This document shows positions 11,968 to 25,555 of a stretch of 64,000 nt of DNA, one piece after another; position 1 is the stretch's first letter, and each line of letters opens with the position of its first letter. The position numbers and the translations under genes are program-made. The notes under the pieces are model-generated. The model made no database searches. It saw only the letters and a list, made by a program, of their open reading frames with translations, and was not told the DNA's origin. The DNA lies in NCBI RefSeq assembly GCF_018977255.1, contig NW_024704743.1:96660001-96724000 (forward strand), read 5' to 3'. The stretch is from Callorhinchus milii. Lineage: Eukaryota.

Positions 11968-14900
11968 GTAAGTAAGGGAGAAAGAGAGAGAGGGAGAGAA
12001 TTGCCCAGAACTGCTTATGCACAACGTCTCAGACATAACTTCAGTGCAGTGATGGGGTAGTGCTGCATTGTTGGATTTGACATTCTTTGGATGAGATCTT
12101 ACAATATTTATGACCAGAAGTCATAATTTGTGCTTCAGATCCAGTTTGCAAATAACACAAATTAGACCCCATTATTGATTTATTTTTAATTAATGATATT
12201 GTGCTGTTCCAGATGTATATTAAAGGAGAGCTTTATATTGAGCAGGATTTTATCTAGTAGGACAGTGGAACAAAGTAGAACAAGTCCTTTTGGAAACCAT
12301 ATGTAAAACATTTCACAGTTAACTCCAGGTAATCAGTTGAGCTTAGTTCTGATCCTAAGACAGGAGTTCAATGGGCCAAAACAGAATCCTTTAGTCTCAT
12401 GATATAGAACTCCTGATCCAAACAGAATGTTTAAATAACAATAATTAAATGTAAATATTTAAAGTATTTTTGAAGGTATATAAGTATTGAAATCTAAAAT
12501 TCAAGTGTAAGGCATCAATTGTTATGCCTAGGTTACTGAAAGGTGAAATTATTGAATGATAGATCTCCTCTAATTGATACAAGCAAAATATGTTAAAGAT
12601 TGACAGGGTCTTGTTTATAACTTATACAATGCACTTGTTGGACTATTATGTCTTGATAATCTATAAAACAGTCTTTGGCAACAGTCTTCTAGCAGTCAGA
12701 GGCTGATATGTAAAGTACTGGGCCTCCATTTATAAAATGGATATCAGCAGCAGGGAATCAGAAGAAAATCAGTCTGTAAAATCTTTTTGTTTAAAAGGAG
12801 GGAAGAAGAATGATATAATAATAATCTTTGCATTTGACATTGTGCCTTAGCACATCATTGAGTCGTCTCAAAGCGCTTTGCAGGATGTACAGTAAAGTGG
12901 TGTGACTGTGTGTATTTTGTGAGTGAATGAGTATTGTATTGAGAAACAAAATAATTCAGAATGACTGGATGTGATTTTATATTTTAATTTAAGTGCTTTG
13001 AGACATCCTCTGGATTTGAAAGGGGCTATATAAATGTAAATTGTATTGTAATTTGATTTTGCCTGTTAACTGCCAGTGGGTCCATACAATCTCCATACAA
13101 TTTTTCAGCTCACAAACTGAGATTCTGAAAACAACAATAATATTAATAATAAAACCAGTCAGTCTTTAAGAGTAACTTGATTTCTAGAAACTAAAACAAT
13201 AAACATTGCATACCTATCTTGCTTATGCTAGAAAGCTAAAATAGAGTCTCAACCACTGGCCCTAGGCAGGTCATTCTAAAATCTCTCTATGTAAAAATAA
13301 AATCCTCATAATCTCTCCTGTTACTCCTTTGCTAAATACCTTAACTTAATTCCTTCCAGTCATTTCAGACAGTCAAAAGAACAGAATGTAATGACTGACA
13401 CGATCACATTCACAAATGCAAACAGGAGGATCTCTCACAAAATCAAATTACATGTATACAGTGCAGTGGTGGCCACCCATTCACACTAGTCTAGATGAGT
13501 CTGCTTTAAATCAATGTTTTGCTTCCATTTTATTCTTGATTGAATATAACTTGATTTATGGCATAGAGGGCATTAAGTTAGGTACTTATGGCATAAATCA
13601 AGAAATATTCAATTATGAAAATTTATTTTGTTGGCTGACCAAAATGGTTGATATCGCATCTTTCACATTGGGAGGATGTCTTAAAGCATCTTAAACCATA
13701 AAATGTGAATGAGAATTCCTCCAAAATCCAACAGAGTAGATTAGTAAACTTCCTTTTAGCACTTGGAAAGTTAAATTTCCAATATATTTTAAGTGTATGG
13801 TTACTTTTATAATAATAAAACAGAATATGTTCTTAAACGTAATATTAGTGTTTTAGTATCGCAGTGTCAGATATCTTTTTCAAAAAAAATGACTGGCCAG
13901 GGGAGCCTGGCATTGCTTAGGATTTGCTAACAGTAAAATGGATAAATGAATACCAGTTTCAAATGATCAGTTATAAACCATGATTATTTTAACTGTATGG
14001 GTAGTATCTATGAATGGTCTGGGATTGTTAATTTAATGGTAACATTTTCCCCAGTTCTCCTCACTTCTTCTCAAAGAAGCACTCTGTAATAAATAAGAAA
14101 ACACTTTGACTATGTCAACATTGTTAGCCTTAGTTATCTAAAAGTAAATACGTCATTTTTGACATTGGTGATAGCAACAGATAGCCAGGAACATCTTACC
14201 ATAAACAATAAATGAGTGTCCCATTGTCTTCTAATTCTCAGACTGCTTTACACTTTCAACTACAATGTAAATACAACAACAAAAGTACATTTGTATAGTG
14301 CCTTTCACGTTGAGAGGACATCCCAAGGCGTCCCATTAAATGTTACCATTAAATTACAGAAATGCCCATTTCTTCAGCTTGTTGTTAAACCCACGTTTCA
14401 AGCTTGGAATATATTACGCCTTGGATGTTCAGTTCATGAGGTACTTATTCCACAGGCCTGAATGTGAATATCCTTCACATTTATTAGTGACAACAATCTA
14501 TGAAACAACACATAGAAGAAGCACATAGCGTGTTTCTAGTTTATTCGGATTTGTTGTTTGATATCCAGGTTTAGCTACTTATTTTGCTAAGAACATTCTT
14601 GGTAAATTTATGGGACCCTGAACATAAGGTCACAATGTTATTGAGCCTCTTCTGTTTTACAAATTTGGCTTTAGTTAGACTTTCAGATCTGCAAATGGTT
14701 TGAATTTATTTGCACCCTATCATTTCCTATGGGAAATGTTTCCCACAAGTTAATGAGGCTCCGGTGTAAGCTCTTTGCTGTTATTTCTGGCAGGAGCAGC
14801 TTTGACTTCTAGGCATATATCTCTTTGCGGACTCCATTTTTTTCTTCAGTAGTCCATTGCAAATAATAAATAAGAGGAAATACATCATCCCTTTTAATTT

Positions 14901-17900
14901 GGAGCCAAGGTGAGGTCTGCCAAAGTTAATACAAAACAATCTTAAGTAATGATCAGCAAAAGTATATAAAATTTCATGGAGCATGAATGCACATTATTCT
15001 GAGTTAGCTCATGTTGGCTGAACTTGTGCCAGCTGATTATGTTTCAGCTAGGTACAGTACACCCATAGCAGCAACTAACTGTGGTATATTAATTATATAA
15101 ATACACTATTGACTGCAGTTGGGAACTGCTGCAATAAACTATTGACCCTAGGCTTTGAGAAAGTACTTGGAAAGTGTTATAATGCACTAGACCAAGGCAT
15201 TATTGTACACTTCAGACCATATCTAGGACCTAGGGGACAATGGTTTACAATATAGTATGAAAACTCCAGTCAGTGTTTGTTTTATATCCTTCAACCACGT
15301 GAGTGGCATTAACTTTGACCTCAAAATGAAGACCATGACGGCCGATGGAGTGCTCCAAACACTCGTCAACTATTGGATGAAATATACACAACACCTTGAA
15401 AACACTTCCTTGCACATTGCCCCCAGCACCCTGCCATTACTGCCTTTAAGGTGGCTGAGCAACCTCCCTTAGTTAGATCTGTCAAACACATTTTCATGCA
15501 TAAGAGATCGATCGGATGGGAGTGCTACTAGCCACTTTCACGTGAATTCAGCTCACCGCCAAGATGGATTACCCAAGTGTGGTTGCTAGTGTGCACAGAC
15601 AGAGCTTCCTCAAACCAAAATCCAATGCTGAATATAGTGTGGGACCAATAGCTAATGGGTCAACTTAAAGTTGTGTCTGTTCATTGACCAGAGAAGCTCT
15701 CCTTTTATCCCATGTATTGAATAGAACTGGCAGTGACAGCAAGGGCTGATTGGGGGCTGGAGAGAGCACAAATGCTGCAAGTCCTCACCATCAAACAACA
15801 GTGTGGGTCTGTTTGATAACTGTGCAATTTGTTTTGAATCATAGAGAGTTTATCATGAAAGAGGCATTAAGCCCATTGTATGCTGGTGCTGGCTTATAAT
15901 ACAAATTTACATTTATAGCACCTTTCATGTCAGGAGGATGCCCCACGGAGCTGCCCCAACAGAGCTTTACCACTCCTCACATTCCACTCTCCTTCCTTAA
16001 TATTATTTCTTCTCAAGTATTTTCGGAACATTTCAGTGTATCTTAGTCAAACAGCTTGAAAAAAAACTCTTCAGTGATTTTGCCACTTATGGTTTATGAT
16101 GTGAACAAAAGATACAAAATTGTATTCCTTTGAGCAACAAGAGTAAAAAGTTACTTACGCAGAGATAACAGTTATTTCACTCTTTGTTGCACAACATTCA
16201 TCTTTATCACTGTAATTTTTCTTGAATCAATACTGCCCTGTAACCTTCAATTTATGGCAGGAATACGCTGTAAAAATGAAAGACTTGCCCCTTTAAGGCA
16301 AAGTATGTCTGGCAAACATACCACAGAAAGAAAAGAAAATACAATGAAAAAGAAAAAATCTTTCTGATACTTGTTACATTGATGAATAGACGAGTACAAT
16401 TAATTCTTATTTATCAAACACATGAGATGGAGAGAGAAACTAGATCAATTCTGACACCTTCAGAATATAAGGCAAAGGACTGAATATGAAGTACCTATGT
16501 ATTTTTTAAAAAAAACTTGTCTTCTAATTGAATGAAACTGGATTTAAGACCTGGAGTGCAGTATTTCTGGCTTATCATCAGAGTAACTCCATAAAGGTAC
16601 GATACAAACCATCTGTTGCATGTGTTTGCCTGAACTTGTTGGCTGTTACTTAAGCAATACTTAAAAGGAGAGGAAGGAAGGAAAACGGAAAGGAGATAAG
16701 ATAATTTTTGAAACTGGGGAAGATTATACAGAACATAAAAGGTGGCTTGGAATGTGTTACAAGGTTGCAACAGTTGTGGAGTTCTGATCCTATAAATCAC
16801 AAGAGTGAAACTCGGGTAGTTTATGCAATCAATAAATCCCTGACATTGTGTTATATCCTGTAACACAATCTTAGACATTTAAAAAGAAATAAATTACATG
16901 TACAGTCTTCCTTTATCATTTCTGATTTCCCCCATTCAAGATTTTGCCATCACAGTATGTGGGTTGCAATGATCCCTGGACCATGTAATTTATGGAAGAG
17001 GGACTTGGTTTATTTATTTGACCATTCACTCCCTATAGCAGTCCATGATTAGAAAAGCATACAAAAGTCTTAGACTCATACTAACCCTATATGGCTGCAT
17101 GTGCAAACACACCAACAAATTATCTCTCAACATTTGGACCTCAGCTTTAATACTCTGTGATTGGTTTGGTGGATATAAGAATAGTGGTTACATTTAGAGA
17201 GGTTCTACCTTCACTTTCCTTGGAATAGGTAATTCCTGTAGTCACTTCTCCATTCTGTCCTGAGTTCACCCATGATTTATTTAGGCGTTCAGGAAAAGCA
17301 GGTGGTAAATTCACAATGCTTCATCTGAACACTTGTGTACTTGCTCCAAAGATAAAGAAAGAAAACTATATCTTGATGTTGCTCTTCCAAGGCCTAACTA
17401 GCAGACTTCCTTTTGCTCTTATGGTTAGAGCATGTTACTATGGCTGCAACGCACTTTCAACCTTTCTATTGCCATTTATAGTGACTTAAGACACACAAAG
17501 GAGGTGGTTCCTGGTCAGGGGCTCATATTGCACTTGGCTGAACAAGGCCTGCCAACTTGGATTACTTTGTCTTGATGCTATTTTGGGCAATAGTTCATCT
17601 TCATTCTTGAAGTCCTTCCAGCGTATTTGACAGGTAGTCAGACCATTCCTGAGAATGGTAAAACATTCCCAGCACTCAAATACGTCAACAACAACAACTT
17701 GCATTTATATAGCATCCTTCACATGTGGGATTGTCTCGGAGCATAGGTCATATAGTCAGTGAGAGTAGGGGAGTTATATTGGAACTGAAAAAATGCAATT
17801 CCAGTAACAGCCTCTGGGGTGCACTGCACCAATTTGGTTCTAATGACAAAGAGCCAAAATGCTCCTTTGATTTTAAAAAGCTTTCATTTCCAAGAAGACC

Positions 17901-19854
17901 CATTGCATGGGCATTGACCATTACAGCTACTTCCTTCACATAACTGCTCCCTGTTGCCAATGTTTTGTTCTTTGACTTCCCAGGAAAAGGTATGTTTTAT
18001 TGGAAATGACTCCATCAGGTAATGACAAATACATTATGTTTTAAGAGGATATTTGCCATTTTGTACAAACTGTAATACGCAAATATGTAACAGAAAGATC
18101 TAAATGAGGAAGAATTAACTATTTTATATAAGAACCACATTATTATCTAATTAGATTGCCTTCAATGCTAGCATGAAAACTACACTATGGTACTAAATGT
18201 CCAGTAAACCTGGTCTAAATGTGTTCCGTTGGTTAATATTCAGAAACCATTTCTGTATTGTCATGAAGAATTACTGATTTGTTACAGTCTGTAGACTATT
18301 ATAATTGGGATGAATGGAAATGTTTAATGTCTGGGCTATATAAGCTTTACTCATGGGACAAGATAGCTTAGGCGTCTTGCCAAAACTGTCAAGCCACATC
18401 CTGCGTTGATCTATAAAATGATGTTCTGACCTGGTTTTGAACATAAATGCTTTTATACTTGAACTAGGGTTTGCAAGTACTTTCTTTGATATGCAATAGA
18501 AATATAGGGGTGACATTTGCAATGTTTCTTAGCCCATTCCTTGTATTAATTAGCACAAGAAATACATTAAGGAACTCGCACACACACACAACAACTACTT
18601 CATTTATATAGCCCCCTTCACATGGTCTGGTGTCTCGGAGTGCTAAAGCAGACAAGCAGACAAATATTATCCTACATTCTTTACTGCGCAAACACGTACA
18701 GAGTACTATACTAACAGCGTATAAGGTATACCTGAATATACATCTGGGGGTGGACAATGTTACAAAATGCATTTACTCACTGGAAATTCCAGGATTGAAA
18801 ATTGTGAGGATTAAACCACACTTCAGTTGTCTGATTGTTATCATCCTTTATATTCCAAGCAGACTAGCAATATGGTGCAGCAAGAGACAAAGGTAAGAAG
18901 TATAGAAGTCTTGCAGAAGTGAGCTTGGTAGTTGCTGAGAAGGGGAAGAAAATATGGTTGTGTGCTACAGGGCATATCCAAAGACCTCAGTCACATCTCT
19001 AACACCCGGTGTCTGAACTAATGCTTATCCAGGACAAAGATCTAGGACTGGGATATTGTTTCATTAGTTGGAGACATAGTAGTGTGAAGCTTGATTGCTG
19101 ATGTTCTATAGTATAGACATTTCCTTGAAAGTTGACTGTCAGTTTAATTTTTCTAAATTACTTTCAGGAAAACCTAGAATAACTCATTTTTCAAATGCCC
19201 ATCTTTTTTGATCTGTCTCTTTGTGCCTACTTGCCAAAAAAACTGTTTTCTTCAGAAACTGTTTGATAAGTACATTTAAGATCTGTTTGTAGGTTGTATC
19301 AGTTATACACCTTCAGTGATGTCTCTTCAGAGAGTGAATAGATAAGATAATACTTTAGATGGGTGGCAATGAATTACAACAGTAGTTAGGTCAATACATC
19401 AGCAAAAGATGAGTTATACCTTAAACTGATGGACAGACACTGGATTGTCTTCATACCCTGTATTAGATCATCTAATATTTATTTTGAAGTAATAACTTTA
19501 TTTTTTGCTTACCTTACTGTGAGCTGGAGACGGGGTAATAAAGATAACAGATACCACGTGCCACTTGTACTGGGGACTAAAATACATGATACCTGTCTGT
19601 AACCTGATATGTGACATGCAGTCCAGAAGGCAATTGCATCGGAGTGTAATACCTGCCAGTCAACAGGATTCAATATCTATGAATCCTGCTGTCAATACCA
19701 CATTTTCAACCCCAGGATAGCAGTGGCAGATTTTCTGCATTGTTATTTCTCTTGAGTAATGAATACCTGAAAGTGATTACGCTGGTTTAATTTAACCGAT
19801 GGAATGAATAGTTGCCCTCATAAACTGGAATAGGTGCCATCATAAACAATACAA

Positions 19855-20260
19855 GAACAACAACAACAAAATGACATTTGTATAGCGCCTTTCACTTCGG
19901 GAGGACGTCCCAAGGCGCTGGGACAATACAATTTACATTTATATAGTGGCTTTCTCTTTGGGAGGATGTCTCATAGCGTTTCAAACTGCTGGCTGGGAAC
20001 CAGAGCTGGGGCAGAGGGAGCCAAAGAGGCTGGGGAGGGGAAAGATGACCGAAAGCACAGACAAAGAGGTACGTCTTGAGATGGGCTTTGAATGTGGGAA
20101 GAGAGGGAGCAAGTCAGAGGGGCTCTGGGATAGAATTCCAGAGAATGGAACAGAATGGCTGAAAGATCATTCGCTGATGGTGGGACTGATAAGGTGGAGG
20201 ACATGAAGTAGATTGGTGCTCACTGAGAGAAGAGAGACAGCGAGAGAGGAACTGAAGGAG
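19855..20260 (-). mobile_element. L2 3' fragments (short tail plus longer 3' end, in tandem)
   Basis: Two successive ...ATTT.TATAG..CTTT..GGGAGGA.GTC tails and L2 C-terminal remnants. Confidence 0.8.
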
Positions 20261-22382
20261 TGAAGTCTGAGGTTCAGCCCTCTCTACATTCAGAAACTAG
20301 AGCAGTGCTGCAAAATCAGTCAGGGCAACTAATCATTTCTCAACCCTACATTAGTGCCTACATTTGTCCAATTCTGTACCTTTTACCCATTTAGACCCTG
20401 AAATTAAGTGCTGTGTATTTGAGGCATGATGGTGTTCACAACAAAGAATCATCTAGCAGTTTACTATATTAGTACAGTGAATATTTCCAGCTGCTCAAGG
20501 CACTTTGATCAAATGGAAAGTATTAGTTTAAATGATTTTTTATAAAAAAAGCATTGGATTTCTCATCAATAAAATACTGTTATTTTTACTTCATGATTTT
20601 CTTCATTGTGACTCTTAAAACAGTTAATAGGAACACTTAACTGCAATGTACCAACAAGATGGACGTTAAAGTCTTATATAGCTGTTTAATTTGAATATAA
20701 CAACATAAGCCATTTTAGTCACCTTTTCATATGGCATTGAAGCACAATGTTTTTAATAAATGGGCAATATGAATCACCAGACAAACCTTTGATACATATA
20801 GCATAATCTCGGAAAGTCAGTACACCTTTAAGCACTAAATTGTTTATGAGGTTTTTTTAATATTGGGGAAGATGATTACCTTCAGGGGACAGTTTGTTCT
20901 GAAAGCCAAAAGATATAAACAATGTTTTCCTGCTATTTATGTGCGTAATAAAATGGAGATTTATTTATTTTTGGTCCCCTTTAAACATCATTTTTGATAG
21001 ATTCATTTCTGCCAGTTTCAAAGTGCTTTGAGCAGCCGGAAATATTTTTGAATTGAACATGAGTGGAGCTGGGGGTTGGTGGGGGGGGGGGGGGGGGGAA
21101 GGGGTGGGTGGGAAAGAGGGCAACATTTTTCTGAGCACAGTATCTCTTCAATAGTATCAGTGCAGAAATGTGCATCCAAATTATGTACTGGCGGCAATTC
21201 CCGAAGCGCAATTCTTTTTAGCAAAAACACTTATTTTGAAGTTATCTTTCACTGAAACTGGATGGTTTGAACTCAGCATTGCTTCCCACACTATCATCAC
21301 CATCCTGCTTACAACAATGTGTTATTAAGTCAGTGGTTCAATGCAGCTGCTGCTCATTTCTCACTTTTGTTTCCTTTGAGCTTGGCCTCGGTGTTTGGTC
21401 AATATTCATTCAGCATTAGATTTCTCTTCTATGGTAGTGAATGACTGGTTCTATAGTCCCTGGGTTCTGGCACCTGTGAAGGAATTACACAGTATCTCTC
21501 TTTTCTCCCTCTCCTCACTCATTCTTCACTCTTCTGTTTTTTGGAGAACCATTCTCTCATTGCAACTGCATGCTTTTACTGTAGTTACTGAGCTCAAGAA
21601 CCCTTCTAGAGACTCTTTGCTTTGACCTACACCTTCAAATTTAATCATCACTGAACTGAATCACTTTACAATTGCTGTACAATGCCCACTTCCATCAAGA
21701 ATACTAAAAGTAACTTTCTGCAGCCTTTCAACAACATAAATCTCACAAATAGCTAGCGTAACGGATCTCAATACATTTGACTTCTTAATGGTCTTAGGAG
21801 TGGTTGTTAAACATTTAGCCTGGGATAACACATTTGCTATCGGCTAGTCGTTACTTTTGTTAGGATAACAATATTTTACTATGTATTGTGCATAGGCAGT
21901 TCAAGTATGTGTGTTATCAGCCAATGGTTACGTGCCAACGATTTACATGGAACTGGATAAGCAGCCAGCCATACCTAAGGCCCTTTATTGGTAATCAACC
22001 ATTGCCTTACCTCCAGGATCTGCTCCCCAACCTTTCCCGGCTGCCCAGCATCAACAATTTAATTGAAGATAGGGGGAGAACCAAAGAGATCCATCCAATC
22101 TGACTCAATCTATCGTGAAGCATGGATTTCCATCCCACAGTAACAATGTATTTCAACTCCCTATAGCATCTTTCACACAGGCCGTAATCTCCATTCCGCC
22201 AAACCAACATCCTTATCCCTGACAAATAAATGTAATTTGTTGTTGGTTTGATGTGTAATGTCCTGTACCTGTACTCAGCTACATGAGTGGCAACTTACAT
22301 AACATAACTGTAAGTAGTTATTACAGGCAGATTGCATCAAGTAAACCCAATGTATACTTATAGAATTATTATTATTATTATC

Positions 22383-22645
22383 TGTTCAGCCAGGTATCTG
22401 ACACATGCAGAAACCCTTAACCATGCTTAAGAGTATCCAAACCAAGCTGAGATTTCCATGCATCCCACCTACACATGGAAATCCCAGAGATAGATTGTTG
22501 GAATGGAATGCGCCCTCTCTCCCAGGAGGGACCCATCCTGCTTACCTAATTCCAGAAAGTATTAGGCACAGGTTGGCAAGAGCCAAGGCTTGGGGACCTC
22601 GGAGTGTGTGTTTGGGTACTGCTGGAGTCTAACCAGCTAAAACTG
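22383..22645 (-). mobile_element. Family X retroposon copy
   Basis: Aligns by eye with 9389-9645. Confidence 0.8.
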
Positions 22646-23699
22646 CTAAACTATATCATTAATGGTTTAAGAAAATATCAATGAACTGAATTCAACCTAT
22701 TAATAATACAGTGAACCAACAGATGGTACAGCAGACTTAGTGGGGCTGCTTAGTCCTGCACAGCTCCGGCAAAGGTACTGCTTCATTGATCAAGTGGAGC
22801 ATTGCCTACAGCCAGGTATGTCCCTGAACTCCCCAACCATGGACAGCAACCAGGATGTTTGTCTTTCCCGCAGTGAAGAGCCGTCTCATCACCACATGCC
22901 CAGGATGTGAACTGATGAAACTCATAACCGCATCTGGCAGGGAGATCTGGAACCACTGATGAGAAACAAAAATTTCTTCAACCCTCCCCTCCATCTCCAT
23001 CACTCCCAGCACCATAACTAGAGCACCAATATATCCACTTAACGCAAACTCGTCTACAAGGGATGGTCAGAATTTTTGAATAGCATCCATTGTAATAAGT
23101 GAGCAGAGTTTTGATGAAATATCTCTACATATGTCTTATTAAAAAAAATCTGAATGAATTGGCAAGTGACAGGCTAGGCTCACAGTTTCTTGACATCAGT
23201 ACGTTTTTGATTATGTTTCAGTCAATTTATGGAACCAAATCAAACAGATACTGTATTTTGGCCGTTAATAGTGAACAAAGCTCTGTTGTTTCAGCATTAG
23301 TCTAGAGTCACTAGCTTTTTTTAAAAAAATTTTTTTGTCAATGTTAAACATTTCATGAATCCTAATTGTTTTGATTTAAAAGTCATAATTATGCTCTTAA
23401 ACCCGCTGTTATAGCTTGCTTTCTCATCCTCATTATAACTAGAATAAAATTATACCTGTAACAACCAAAACAAGCTTTTAATATTTCTCTTTGTTGATGC
23501 AATGTTTGCTACAAATAAATAGATTCCAAGTCTGCTATTTTTCATTTTCATTGTCTCCTGTACAACTGTATTCACCATTATTTTTCTCCTGTAAAAACAG
23601 AATATATTTGAAGATAATATTGGAGCCATTCGAAAATCAAATTAACTGTTTTAACAGTTTTCTTTTGTCAATTTCTTTTCAGTTTGTCCAATTATTTTT

Positions 23700-24215
23700 C
23701 TAATTTTCTTCCCCCTGTTCTGGCCTCCTCTTGCTACGATTTGGTTCCAAAGGTACTGGTTGCTCTCCAATACCCAGCACCTTGGGACGTTCTTCTGATG
23801 TGAAAGGCGCTATACAAATGTAATTTTGTATTCTATTGTATTGTACTCTGCCCAAGTGGTCAGACTCTGCCACTGTCATGTGCTCTGGGACACTACCCCA
23901 TGTGAAGCGCGCTACATAAATGCAACATGTTGTTGTTAATGTGTGAGCCTTGTCAGTGAGTGTCAGCAGGACTGTCTGTGGAGGACGTCACAGCGAAGCC
24001 TGACCTCCCCCCACCTGGCTGTCACACATAACCACAACAAGTAGAGGGTGCTTTACGGGTACCAGGGGCAGAACCCAAGCTGTTTTTCTCTGTCCTAACC
24101 CTGTGAAGGCTTGGGCCAATTTAGCCTTCACATCCAGCTCTGGCTGAGACCAGCAAATTCAGCACTGAGCGGGCTTCGAACCAGTGAACTCCTTGTCTGT
24201 AAGCTGCAGCTCTCT
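23700..24215 (-). mobile_element. Ancient tRNA-derived SINE (family Y), interrupted by two short L2 tails
   Basis: B-box GGTTCGAAGCCC on the minus strand near 24171-24182; 3' part resembles 11607-11722; L2 tails at about 23774-23845 and 23884-23938. Confidence 0.55.
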
Positions 24216-24404
24216 CCAAATGCTCTAGCCAATTGTTGACAAATGTACTATATTGTGCTATGTCTAAAAGCTGTGTATTAAAAAATAGATTTAAGATTGA
24301 CCCTGAATGAATATTTCAACATACTGTATATATATATTAAAATATTGCTGCTAGCAGTGTCAGACTACATCATCAACCAGGATTAATGTATAATATTTAA
24401 TAAT

Positions 24405-24822
24405 TATTTAAATGTGATTCCTTCATTTGATATGTCACTTACAATGGCATAATGTCTCAAAGGCTTAATTAATTGCAATAAACTGTAGTGACTGTAGTGA
24501 GTAGTCTATTTGTGCACAGCAACGTATCACAAACACCCATGAAGTGAATCGCCAGTTTATCTGGAAGACTGTTGGCCAGGAATCCGTGAGAATCTCCCTT
24601 TCCTTTTCAAATAGTGTTATGCGATCTTTAATGTCCAGCTAAAACAGACAGACAGGACCTTGGTTTAATTTTCCTTCCAAAGGATAGCACATCTGACAAT
24701 GCATAATTTCCCCAACACTGCTTACTGGAGTGTCAGCTTAGACTTTGAGCTCAAGTCCCAACGTGAGGTTTGAACCCACAACCTTCTGACCTAGAGGCGA
24801 GAGCAGTCCAAAGTGAGCCAGG
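24405..24822 (-). mobile_element. Old tRNA-Deu SINE, near full length
   Basis: Head CCTGGCTCAC...AGAAGGTTGTGGGTTCAAACC, Deu core and tail. Confidence 0.85.
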
Positions 24823-25349
24823 AAGGAATTAATCCAGTGAAGGAGAATTCTTTATAAGCCCACTTAATGGTCATTTATGGACCTTAAATCTAGTAGTCAA
24901 ACCAGAATGGCATGGATGATACCAATAGGGGTATACTTTTTGAGATTAATTTACTTGTGCTGTATTTGATTAATGTATGTTCCCTGTATCACTTCAACCT
25001 ATTGCAGTATTCAATGAATTATAATATCTGTCTAAGCAATGGAGTAAAAATGTGATGTTTCATAATGTATTTGAGCAATATCTCAACAAATCAGTTATGA
25101 CACAGTGCATATTTCACTCCAGCATTCTTTGGAAAGTTGAACAAAATCCTTGTAAACTTAATTTATAATTTCTGACAAATAGCCACATTGTTAGCTTACA
25201 TGTTTAAACTCTACATACTTCATTAAATGGTTTGTAAATCAAGATTGTATCATCTTACAAGAAAGGGTTACTCTTTAAATTTAAAATGCAGTTTGAATTA
25301 AACTAAAGAGTAGATAAATTGCAGAAAGAAAAAAAGACAGAAAATAACT

Positions 25350-25555
25350 ACAGCAATAGCTTGCATTTATATAGCTTTCTTCACGCGAGGTAGCATCCTG
25401 GAGCGCTTGACAGTGGCGGAGTCTGACACAGAGCCAGGGGGAGTGGGAGGGGGGAAGGTGACGGTAAGCACAATCAAAAGGAAGGTCTTTAGGCGGGAAT
25501 TGAAAGTGGGAAGGGAGGGGACAAAGCGGAGGGATTGAGGGAGAGAGTTCCAGAG
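25350..25555 (-). mobile_element. L2 3' fragment
   Basis: Tail plus WNSLP-coding remnant. Confidence 0.75.

Noticed and set aside
15257..15472. Rab-like motif GINFDLKMKTMTADG
   Set aside because: No WDTAGQE or other G-box motifs follow; chance match or unrecognisable TE relic.
17486..17704. nAChR-like QEWSDY or Myb-like CQIRWKDFK on the minus strand
   Set aside because: Only a few residues match and the similarity does not extend.
21068..21112. G-run with G-quadruplex potential
   Set aside because: Low-complexity tract with no functional context; length may be unreliable.
22740..23060. Gypsy RT-RNase H linker-like text (WTAT...VKSRLITT)
   Set aside because: Too degenerate to support by eye.
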